From an uncultured Acidobacteriota bacterium (GTDB lineage: Bacteria; Acidobacteriota; Thermoanaerobaculia; Multivoradales; JAHEKO01), in NCBI GenBank assembly GCA_963713825.1, contig CAVQNG010000025.1:800001-864000 (forward strand): DNA of 64,000 nucleotides, given 5' to 3'. How positions within the stretch are numbered: position 1 is the first letter of the stretch; each line of letters starts with the position of its first letter. The translations under genes were made by a program, and so were the position numbers. Below the pieces are notes generated by a model, which saw nothing but the letters and a program-made list of their open reading frames with translations, was not told the origin of the DNA and did no database searches. Below are positions 18,446 to 26,730 of this stretch, in pieces.

Positions 18446-19312
18446 ATGGCGACAAGACCGAAGCTTCGATTGGCGATTCCCAAGGGCCGCATGCAGGACG
18501 GTGTGGTCGATGTACTGGCTGGAGCCGGGATCCGTCTCAGCGACACAGCGCGGGGCTACCGCCCCTTCATTTCCCTGCCAGACTGCGAAGTCAAGCTCCT
18601 CAAGCCCCAGAACATCGTCGAGATGCTTCAGGCCGGTTCTCGAGATCTCGGCTTCTCAGGCGCGGACTGGGTGTCGGAGCTCGATGGTCGACTCGAGGAG
18701 CTAGTAGATACCGGATTGGATCCGGTCCAGCTGGTGGTGGCGGCGCCGGCAGAGCTTCTCGACCGGGGTTGTCTACCGGAACGTCCTCTAGTCGTTGCCT
18801 CCGAATACGAGCGGCTGACCCGAGGCTGGATCGAGACCCGGTGTATCACCGCCAAGTTCGTCCATTCCTACGGAGCAACCGAGGTCTTTCCTCCCGAAGA
18901 TGCCGATCTGATCGTCGACAACACGGCTACGGGTTCGACGCTCGTGGCCAATGGATTGCAGATTGTCGATCAGCTGATGGAGTCGTCGACCCGGCTCTAC
19001 GCCAGTCCCGAGGCCATGCGGGATCCAGGTAGACGGCAGTCGATCGAGGACTTCGTGCTGCTGGTGAGATCCGTGCTCGAGGCGCGAAGTCGGGTCATGG
19101 TCGAGGTCAATGTCGCTCCTGACCGACTCGAGAGTGTACTGGAGGTCCTTCCGTGTATGCGAGAGCCGACGGTCTCTCCGTTGGCTGGTGGTACTGGCTT
19201 CGCAGTCAAGGCAGCGGTTCCCAGCCTCGATATTCCCTCGATCATTCCCACTTTGAAGAGCCGCGGAGGTGCAGATGTCGTGGTGACACGACTCGCGCAG
19301 ATCGTGCCATGA
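18446..19312 (+). CDS. hisG: ATP phosphoribosyltransferase, long form
   Basis: LRLAIPKGRM, DLGFSGADW, SYGATEV, IVDNTATGSTLVANGL, C-terminal regulatory domain (LPCMREPTVSPL). Confidence 0.96.
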   Translation: MATRPKLRLAIPKGRMQDGVVDVLAGAGIRLSDTARGYRPFISLPDCEVKLLKPQNIVEMLQAGSRDLGFSGADWVSELDGRLEELVDTGLDPVQLVVAAPAELLDRGCLPERPLVVASEYERLTRGWIETRCITAKFVHSYGATEVFPPEDADLIVDNTATGSTLVANGLQIVDQLMESSTRLYASPEAMRDPGRRQSIEDFVLLVRSVLEARSRVMVEVNVAPDRLESVLEVLPCMREPTVSPLAGGTGFAVKAAVPSLDIPSIIPTLKSRGGADVVVTRLAQIVP

Positions 19313-21024
19313 GCGCTATCTCGACGGTCTTGCGTCCACGGCCCAGTGTGGCCGAGATTTCCACCTACGAGCCTCACCAGCGCAGGGTCGGCATCGATCT
19401 CTGGCTGGATGCCAACGAGGCCATCGCTCCGCTTCCTGAGCTGGCCAAGAGTCTACGAAGGGCGTTCGACTCGGTGCATCGGTACCCGAACAACGTTGAG
19501 CTGGAGAGCCTTCTGTCGCAGTCCTTCGGAATCGAGCCCGAGCAGGTTCTGATCACGGCGGGGGGTGACGATGGACTCGAGAGGGGTGTGCGGGCTGTCT
19601 GCTCACCCGGACGTGAAGTGATTCTCACCAGTCCGAGCTTCGAGATGCTGCAGCGGTATGTGCTGCTGAATGGTGGATCGATCACCGAGCTGTCCTGGTG
19701 GTCGGGTGAGTGGCCGGTCGACGAGGCGTTGGCAAAGGCCTCCTCGCGCACCTGTGCAATTGCTGTGGTGAGCCCGAACAATCCGACTGGCAGTGTCATT
19801 ACTGCGGAGGCGCTGAGGCGCCTGGCGAAGTCGCTGCCGGGCGTGCTGCTGCTTCTCGATCACGCCTACGTGGACTTCGCCGATGAGGACCTGACAGCGA
19901 CGGCTTTGGAATATCCGAACGTCGTGGTCCTTCGAACGCTCTCCAAGGCCTGGGCGGCGGCCGGCTTGCGGGTCGGCTATGCGTTGGGGGACGCGCAAGT
20001 CATTTCGTGGCTCAGGGCGGCTGGCCAGCCGTATCCAGTCAGCGGCCCCTCCCTGATCGCGGCCAATCGACTTCTTTCAGAGCCCCAGAGGATCGCTCCA
20101 TCAGTCGAGAGGGTTCGGCGACAACGCTACCGGATCCTCGAAGGGCTCCGGGCCGTGGGTCTAGAGGCGATGGACTCGCAGGCCAACTTCGTTCTGGCAC
20201 GATCTCGGGATTCGGACTGGATCCTCGACGGCTTGGCTGGTCTGGGAATCGCGGTACGCGCTTTTCCGGGAAGACCCGACCTCGAAGATTGTTTGCGCAT
20301 TACAGTTCCGAGCGAGGAGGTCCATGTCGACCGGTTGCTGCGAGCCATTCGGACTACTCTCGAACCGCAGGCTGTGCTGTTTGACCTCGATGGTGTTCTT
20401 GCCGATGTGTCCAGATCCTATCGTTTAGCGATCATCGAGACGGCACGGGTCTTTGGAGTCGAGCTGACCGCAGAGGAGATTACCCAATCCAAGGCGGCTG
20501 GCAACAGTAACAACGACTGGCTCTTGACGCAGGTGTTGCTGCGACAGCGCGGGCTGGAAAAGCCATTGGCGAAGATCCGAGATGTTTTCGAATCTTTCTA
20601 TCAGGGGACTGATGGGCAGGCTGGATTGTGGAAGGACGAGCCTTTGCTGATCGACCGCGATGTTCTGCGCGATCTGGCCGCGAGGTACCCACTGGCGATC
20701 GTGACCGGAAGGCCCAGGTCCGATGCTGTCCGGTTCCTCGAGATGCACCGCATACGGAAGTTCTTCTCTGCACTGACGACGATGGAGTACGGGCCCGCCA
20801 AACCCGATCCGGCACCAGTCCTGTCGGTCCTCGATTCCCTGTCCATAGAGCGAGCCTGGATGATCGGTGATACGCCCGACGACATCTTGGCGGCCCGCGC
20901 GGCCGGTGTGCTTCCGATCGGTGTGATGTCTCCCGCCGACGAGGCAGAGCAGGCTCGGAGGGGCCTCACACAGGCCTCCAGGGTACTTCGAACTGTCAAC
21001 CAGATTCAGGAGATGCTGCCATGA
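19309..21024 (+). CDS. hisC: Histidinol-phosphate aminotransferase fused to a C-terminal HAD-family phosphatase
   Basis: LDANE, SPNNPTG, DHAY, RTLSKAWAAAGLRVGY, then HAD motifs FDLDGVLAD, VTGR, KPDP, GDTPDD. ATGA overlap with hisG. Confidence 0.9.
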   Translation: MSAISTVLRPRPSVAEISTYEPHQRRVGIDLWLDANEAIAPLPELAKSLRRAFDSVHRYPNNVELESLLSQSFGIEPEQVLITAGGDDGLERGVRAVCSPGREVILTSPSFEMLQRYVLLNGGSITELSWWSGEWPVDEALAKASSRTCAIAVVSPNNPTGSVITAEALRRLAKSLPGVLLLLDHAYVDFADEDLTATALEYPNVVVLRTLSKAWAAAGLRVGYALGDAQVISWLRAAGQPYPVSGPSLIAANRLLSEPQRIAPSVERVRRQRYRILEGLRAVGLEAMDSQANFVLARSRDSDWILDGLAGLGIAVRAFPGRPDLEDCLRITVPSEEVHVDRLLRAIRTTLEPQAVLFDLDGVLADVSRSYRLAIIETARVFGVELTAEEITQSKAAGNSNNDWLLTQVLLRQRGLEKPLAKIRDVFESFYQGTDGQAGLWKDEPLLIDRDVLRDLAARYPLAIVTGRPRSDAVRFLEMHRIRKFFSALTTMEYGPAKPDPAPVLSVLDSLSIERAWMIGDTPDDILAARAAGVLPIGVMSPADEAEQARRGLTQASRVLRTVNQIQEMLP

Positions 21025-21611
21025 AGACGCGGAGTATTCACATCGACAGAAGAACCTCGGAGACAGCCGTGACGGTTGATCTGGAGCTCCTTGGTACTCG
21101 GCAGGTCGAGATCGCAACGGGCATAGGATTTCTCGATCACCTTTTATCGGCGCTGGCCTTTCATGCCGGGTGGAACCTGAGTCTCACGTGCACGGGCGAC
21201 CTCGGGATCGACGATCACCATACGGCCGAAGACAGTGCCTTGGCGCTCGGAGAGGCAGTGGGGAGCCTGCTCGGTGACCGTAGCGGCATTCGCCGCTTTG
21301 GATCGGCTCATGTGCCCTTGGACGAGTCGCTGGCGCGGGCGGTGGTGGATCTTTCAGCACGCCCTTGGCCGGAGATTCACCTTGGTTTGGCGCGGGAGCG
21401 GCTGGGAGGCCTGTCGGCTGAGAACGTGGGGCACGTGCTGACCTCGTTTGCGATGCAGGCCCGATGTGCTCTGCATGTCGATCTCTTGCGGGGTACCAAT
21501 GATCATCACAGAGCCGAAGCTGCTTTCAAGGCTACCGCTCTGGCCTTTCGGCAGGCCTTGGAGCCAGCAGACTTTCAGGGTGTACCGAGCACCAAAGGGA
21601 GGCTCGCATGA
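21021..21611 (+). CDS. hisB: Imidazoleglycerol-phosphate dehydratase (monofunctional)
   Basis: RRTSET, TGIGFLDH, DDHHTAED, PLDE, NDHHRAEAAFKA, PSTKG. Confidence 0.97.
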   Translation: MKTRSIHIDRRTSETAVTVDLELLGTRQVEIATGIGFLDHLLSALAFHAGWNLSLTCTGDLGIDDHHTAEDSALALGEAVGSLLGDRSGIRRFGSAHVPLDESLARAVVDLSARPWPEIHLGLARERLGGLSAENVGHVLTSFAMQARCALHVDLLRGTNDHHRAEAAFKATALAFRQALEPADFQGVPSTKGRLA

Positions 21612-22219
21612 GCGTCGCTTCGGTCGCTGTGGTGCGCACCGGCGCGGCGAACTTGGCCTCGGTACTGGTAGCCCTGAGACGAGCTGGCAGCCGGCCCGAT
21701 CTCGTGGCCTCCCCAGAAGGGGTGGAATCGGCTGGAGCGCTGGTGCTTCCGGGAGTGGGAGCCTTCGAGTCCGTGATGAGTCGACTAAATGCGGCTGGGC
21801 TTGTCGAGCCTCTTGTCGAAAGGATTCGCGGTGGCCGACCGACACTGGCGATCTGCCTCGGCCTGCAGCTGCTCGCCGAGTCGAGCGAGGAAGCGCCTGG
21901 AGTTCGAGGACTCGGTGCGCTTCGGACCCAAGTCAGCCGTTTTCCCGCCTCGGTCAGAGTACCGCAGCTAGGCTGGAATCGAGTTATCGCAGGCCCTGGA
22001 TGCCATCTCCTTGAAGATGGTGTCGCCTACTTCGCAAACTCGTTTCGATTGCGGGCGGCCCCGGATTGGGTTTCGGCGACTGCCGACCACGGGGGTCCCT
22101 TCGTGGCTGGGGTCGAGAAGGGGGCCGTTCTCGGATGCCAGTTCCATCCCGAGCTCTCTGGAGCTTGGGGCCAGCGGCTCCTGCAACGCTGGCTTTCTGC
22201 TGCCCAGGGAGCCTCGTGA
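21608..22219 (+). CDS. hisH: IGP synthase glutamine amidotransferase subunit
   Basis: LPGVGAF, ICLGLQLL, QFHPELS. Confidence 0.96.
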   Translation: MSVASVAVVRTGAANLASVLVALRRAGSRPDLVASPEGVESAGALVLPGVGAFESVMSRLNAAGLVEPLVERIRGGRPTLAICLGLQLLAESSEEAPGVRGLGALRTQVSRFPASVRVPQLGWNRVIAGPGCHLLEDGVAYFANSFRLRAAPDWVSATADHGGPFVAGVEKGAVLGCQFHPELSGAWGQRLLQRWLSAAQGAS

Positions 22220-22971
22220 TGCTCTTGCCACGAGTCATACCCTGTCTGGACGTCGCCGGCGGTCGGGTCGTGAAAGGAGTTCGGTTTCAGGGCCTGAGGG
22301 ACACGGGTGATCCGGTGGTACTGGCCCGAACCTATGCGGAATCCGGTGCTGACGAGATCGTGATTCTCGACGTCGGAGCGACGCCGGAGATGCGAGATCA
22401 CAGCGTGGAGACGGTGCACGCAGTCCGTGAGGTCCTACCCCTGCCACTCACCGTTGGCGGTGGAGTGCGCCAGGTAGCCGACGCCGAAGCCCTGCTCGAA
22501 GCCGGTGCTGACAAGGTCGCTGTCAACACGGCGGCGGTCGAGGACCCGAGCCTGCTGTCACGATTGGCGTCACGCTTTGGCTGCCAGTGCACAGTTCTGG
22601 CGATCGACGCGGCCCTCGATGGGGAGCGATGGTCGATCGTCGTTCGTTCGGGCCGTGATCGACTCGACCACGACGCTGTCGAGTGGGCTCGTCGGGCTGC
22701 CGATCTCGGTGCGGGAGAGATCCTGTTGACGAGCTGGGATCGGGACGGAACGCGCAGCGGCTACGACCTTGAGCTCTTGTCCGCGATCCGTCGAGCCGTG
22801 ACCGTTCCGGTGATCGCTTCAGGTGGTGCGGCAGGACCTGAACACATGGTGGCAGCGATTCGAGCCGGGGCCGACGCGGTTCTGGCCGCCTCGATCTTCC
22901 ACGAAGGCCACTACACGGTAAATGACCTGAAACGAGATCTGGAGAAGCAGGGATTGGAGGTGCGTCGATGA
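22219..22971 (+). CDS. hisF: IGP synthase cyclase subunit
   Basis: RVIPCLDV, VVKGV, LTVGGG, GADKV, EILLTSWDRDGT, ASGGAA, LAASIFH. Confidence 0.97.
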   Translation: MLLPRVIPCLDVAGGRVVKGVRFQGLRDTGDPVVLARTYAESGADEIVILDVGATPEMRDHSVETVHAVREVLPLPLTVGGGVRQVADAEALLEAGADKVAVNTAAVEDPSLLSRLASRFGCQCTVLAIDAALDGERWSIVVRSGRDRLDHDAVEWARRAADLGAGEILLTSWDRDGTRSGYDLELLSAIRRAVTVPVIASGGAAGPEHMVAAIRAGADAVLAASIFHEGHYTVNDLKRDLEKQGLEVRR

Positions 22972-24263
22972 TCGTACCGTCGATCGACTTGATGAACGGT
23001 CATGCTGTGCAGCTTGTCGGGGGTAGGGATCTGGCGATCGATGCTGGCGACCCGATGGCGGTAGCGGAGCGCTTTTCAGTGGCCGGAGAGCTGGCCGTCA
23101 TCGACCTGGATGCAGCGCTCGGGCGAGGTTCGAATCGACGCCTGATCGAGCGCCTCGTACGACGCTTTCGGTGTCGGGTCGGAGGTGGGATACGGTCTGT
23201 CGATGCTGCCTTGGACTGGATCGACGCGGGAGCGGAGCAGGTGATCCTCGGCACTGCAGCGACGCCCGGGATCCTGCAGGAGCTACCTCGGGATCGGGTC
23301 ATTGCTGCGGTCGACAGCGTCGAAGGTCGGGTGGTGGTGGACGGTTGGCGTCGCGAGGCGGGGGACCGCCTGATGGATCGCATCACCGCACTCGAGGGAT
23401 TGGTCGGCGGCTTTCTGGTGACCTTCGTCGAGCGGGAGGGCCGCCTTGAAGGTACCGATCTGGAGCGGGCTCGAGCTGTCGTTGGTGGCGCGGGTGGGGC
23501 GACAGTTACTGTCGCTGGCGGCGTCTCTAACACCGAGGAGATCGCGGCTCTCGACGCAATTGGCGCTGACGCCCAGGTGGGCATGGCTCTCTACAATGGT
23601 CAGCTACCTCTGGCGGCTGGAATCGAGGCTCCGCTCAAGTCGGATAGACCGGACGGGCTATGGCCGACCGTCGTCTGCGATGAGGACGGTCGGGCGCTCG
23701 GCCTGGTTTTCTCGAGCTCAGAGAGCCTACGCCAGGCTGTCGACCGCAGGCAGGGAATCTACGAATCGCGACGGCGCGGTTTGTGGGTTAAAGGAGAGAC
23801 CTCGGGGAACTTCCAAGAGTTGCTGGAGGTCAGGCCCGATTGTGATCGTGATGCGCTTCGCTTCACTGTCCGCCAGGCCGGGCAAGGCCACTGCCATCGA
23901 GGTACTCGGACCTGTTGGGGTCCCGACGGTGGATTGGGAGCGCTGGAGCGACGACTGGCCGAGCGCCTGGGCTCCGACGATATCGATTCCTACTCGCGGA
24001 TACTGGCCGGTGATTCTGACCGTCTCCGGAGCAAGCTCAACGAAGAAGCCGACGAGCTCGCTGTGGCCCTTGAGCATCATGACGTGGTGTGGGAAGCGGC
24101 GGACCTTTTGTACTTCGCGGCGCTGAAGTTGGCGTCTGCTGAAGTGTCCTGGTATGAGGTGCTTCGAGAGCTCGACCGCAGAGATCGAGTGAGCCGCCGC
24201 CGCGACGGGAGCCGCAAATTTTCGATGAGCAGTTCGATCGATCGACCAGGAGGCGTGCAGTGA
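22968..24263 (+). CDS. Trifunctional HisA-HisI-HisE fusion (ProFAR isomerase / PR-AMP cyclohydrolase / PR-ATP pyrophosphatase)
   Basis: N-terminal IVPSIDL..G.AVQL, VIDLDAA, VGGGIR (HisA). Middle LWVKGETSGN, DCDRDAL, CHRGTRTC (HisI). C-terminal KLNEEADEL, WEAADLLYF (HisE). Confidence 0.9.
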   Translation: MIVPSIDLMNGHAVQLVGGRDLAIDAGDPMAVAERFSVAGELAVIDLDAALGRGSNRRLIERLVRRFRCRVGGGIRSVDAALDWIDAGAEQVILGTAATPGILQELPRDRVIAAVDSVEGRVVVDGWRREAGDRLMDRITALEGLVGGFLVTFVEREGRLEGTDLERARAVVGGAGGATVTVAGGVSNTEEIAALDAIGADAQVGMALYNGQLPLAAGIEAPLKSDRPDGLWPTVVCDEDGRALGLVFSSSESLRQAVDRRQGIYESRRRGLWVKGETSGNFQELLEVRPDCDRDALRFTVRQAGQGHCHRGTRTCWGPDGGLGALERRLAERLGSDDIDSYSRILAGDSDRLRSKLNEEADELAVALEHHDVVWEAADLLYFAALKLASAEVSWYEVLRELDRRDRVSRRRDGSRKFSMSSSIDRPGGVQ

Positions 24264-25543
24264 CGCACTTTCGATGGGCGCGACTGACTCCTGACGAGGT
24301 TCACGAGCTCCCTCGCCTCCCGGTCGACCAGTTGACTCTGGCGACGGCCGGGGAGATTGTCGAAGCGGTAGAACGACAGGGAGAGACCGCGGTCCGGCGA
24401 TACGCGGAGCACTTTGGCGAGCTCGAACCTGGCAGGCCCTGGATGCTCGATGCTGACGATCTGAGGCGGGCCCTGACGGCTCTCGACAGCTCCCAGCGAG
24501 CCCTGTTGGAGCGAGCGGCGGAGCGAATCGAGCGCTTCGCCGTCGCACAACGGGATTCGATTCGAGATTTCTCCCTCTCCGTACCCGGTGGTCTCGTGGG
24601 TCAGGAGCTGGTGCCGATTCAAAGAGCGGGGTGCTACGCCCCCGGTGGGCGGTATCCGCTTCCTTCGTCCGTCCTGATGACCGCCTTGACGGCTCGCGTT
24701 GCAGGTGTCGATGAGGTTTGGGTGGCGTCACCTCGGCCGCAGCCGATCCAGATTGCGGCCGCGGCGGTAGCGGGTGCCAACGGACTCCTGGCTGTCGGTG
24801 GAGCGCATGCGATCGCCGCCCTTGCATTCGGAGTTGGATGTAGGCAGCCATGTGACGTTGTCGTCGGTCCTGGAAACCGCTGGGTTACCGCTGCCAAGCA
24901 TCTGGTGGCGGGCAGGGTTGGCATCGACATGCTCGCTGGGCCTTCCGAGCTCGTCGTGCTAGCTGACACCAGTGCCCAACCAACCCTCGTTGCCGCGGAT
25001 CTCCTGGCTCAGGCCGAGCACGATCCTGATGCTCTTCCGATTCTGGTAAGCGTCGATACTCGGCTCGTCGATCAGGTCGAATCGGCCCTCATGGCACAAC
25101 TCGAGAGCCTTCCAACAGCCGAGATTGCAGTGATCGCACTCCAGCGCGGCTTCGCGGTCACGGCCGGCAGCCTCTCGGAGGCTGCAGCGATCTGCGACCG
25201 TCTGGCTCCTGAGCATCTACAGGTGGTGACGGAGCACCCTGATCGGGACGCGGGTCTCCTGCACCACTACGGTGCCCTGTTTCTGGGCCCGTCGAGCGCC
25301 GAGGTCTTTGCGGACTACGGAATCGGCCCAAACCACACCTTGCCAACCGGAGGTAGTGCCAGGTATCGGGGGGGTCTTTCAGTGCTGGATTTTCTTCGAG
25401 TCCGTACCTGGATGGCGCTCAACAGCAAGACATCGGAGATGTCACTAGTTGAGGACAGTGCCGAATTCGCCCGACTTGAGGGCCTCGAGGCGCATGCTCG
25501 ATCAGCCCTGATTCGAAATCCGAGGGGCGTTGGGATGAAGTAG
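24260..25543 (+). CDS. hisD: Histidinol dehydrogenase
   Basis: GCYAPGG, SSVLM, VGPGNRWV, IDMLAGPSE, DLLAQAEH, APEHL, DYGIGPNHTLPT, EGLEAHA. Confidence 0.97.
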   Translation: MTHFRWARLTPDEVHELPRLPVDQLTLATAGEIVEAVERQGETAVRRYAEHFGELEPGRPWMLDADDLRRALTALDSSQRALLERAAERIERFAVAQRDSIRDFSLSVPGGLVGQELVPIQRAGCYAPGGRYPLPSSVLMTALTARVAGVDEVWVASPRPQPIQIAAAAVAGANGLLAVGGAHAIAALAFGVGCRQPCDVVVGPGNRWVTAAKHLVAGRVGIDMLAGPSELVVLADTSAQPTLVAADLLAQAEHDPDALPILVSVDTRLVDQVESALMAQLESLPTAEIAVIALQRGFAVTAGSLSEAAAICDRLAPEHLQVVTEHPDRDAGLLHHYGALFLGPSSAEVFADYGIGPNHTLPTGGSARYRGGLSVLDFLRVRTWMALNSKTSEMSLVEDSAEFARLEGLEAHARSALIRNPRGVGMK

Positions 25544-25553
25544 CTCGTCCGGA

Positions 25554-26729
25554 TCATGGGGCCGAGTAGCCGGTCAGCTCGACGTAGCCTCGGCCCGAGA
25601 TCGGTATCCCCTGGCGGTCGCCTTCCACCCGTACTGCGCCTTCCCAATAGAGAACCGACAGGCGAAGCTCTTGATCCTGCAGGACTGGCTCGATCGTCAG
25701 CTCCAGTCCCTCTTCTGGCACAGTCAGGAGCCAGCCCGAGGGGTACTGCACTCCGGTCTCTGAACTGGTCCACCTGTCCAGGACCTCGAGTCGGAAGTCG
25801 TTCCACAATAAGGAGGAGCGTGAGCCCTCTGCCTCGATGAGGCTGCCGCTGCTCATCGGATCGGCAGTCCCATCGTCACGCCGTATCTGATAGACCATCA
25901 GGTCGGTACCATCGTCGAGTTGCAACGCGAACCAGTCCCAGCCGCTCTGGTTCGCCTCGAGAGCGCTGGTGCTCCACTCTCGGTCGAACCAGCTGTTGCC
26001 TCGAACCTCGAGCTCGCGCCCTTCGAGGTGGATCTGGCCGGACGTTGCAAGTCGAGTGAAGGCATAGTAGTACGAGGCGTTGCCCGGCTCGCTTCCTTTG
26101 CGGCTCAGACCGGCCTCGCCTTGGAGCACGATGGGCTTTGTTGCGACGAGCTCCAGGTCCAGTGCGAGCTCTCCAGCCGAAGCCTTCAATCGAAACGTGG
26201 AAGAGGAGTCGTCTCTGCTCAACTCCCAGTCTTCGAGCCAGGCCCGAAATGGCGCCGGCTCGACACCGGCCAGGCCGGCGGCGCCGCGCGCGAACCTCTC
26301 GACGGCAAAGAAGCGGCTGTTCTCGACATCGGTCAGAGCGAGATGGCCCATATAGACCTGCCGTGTGGCCCACCGCGATCGCCTTGGTGTCTGCTCGGCT
26401 GCCAGGGCATTTCGAAACAGGGTGAATTGGTAGCCGAATCGACGTCCCGACGAGGTGGTCAGATTGCCGGTCAAATACCACCATTCGGTGCGAAAGTCGG
26501 GGTGGGAGCCAAGGTCCTCGGGGAAGACGAACAGCCTCGGCTCAGTGGCGCGAGCGAAGCCCTCCGCCTCTCCTGACAGCAAGTGGGAAAGCTCGAGGCC
26601 GGCGGTCGCAACTGGCCTATTCTCATCGGTCAGCTGGTCATCAGGAGGAGTGCGGCAGCCAACGAAGGACAGCACCGTCAAAACCAGCAGGTGCCGCAGG
26701 AAACCATTCCACACGACAGGCCAGCGCAT
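25554..26729 (-). CDS. AttH/CrtC-like double-lipocalin-domain lipoprotein
   Basis: Lipobox-like FVGC, HPDFRTEWWY, GYQFTLFR, SYYY, WFDREWS, GWDWFALQLDDG, YWEGAV, GYVELTGY. Confidence 0.88.
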   Translation of the reverse strand: MRWPVVWNGFLRHLLVLTVLSFVGCRTPPDDQLTDENRPVATAGLELSHLLSGEAEGFARATEPRLFVFPEDLGSHPDFRTEWWYLTGNLTTSSGRRFGYQFTLFRNALAAEQTPRRSRWATRQVYMGHLALTDVENSRFFAVERFARGAAGLAGVEPAPFRAWLEDWELSRDDSSSTFRLKASAGELALDLELVATKPIVLQGEAGLSRKGSEPGNASYYYAFTRLATSGQIHLEGRELEVRGNSWFDREWSTSALEANQSGWDWFALQLDDGTDLMVYQIRRDDGTADPMSSGSLIEAEGSRSSLLWNDFRLEVLDRWTSSETGVQYPSGWLLTVPEEGLELTIEPVLQDQELRLSVLYWEGAVRVEGDRQGIPISGRGYVELTGYSAP

Positions 26730-26730
26730 G

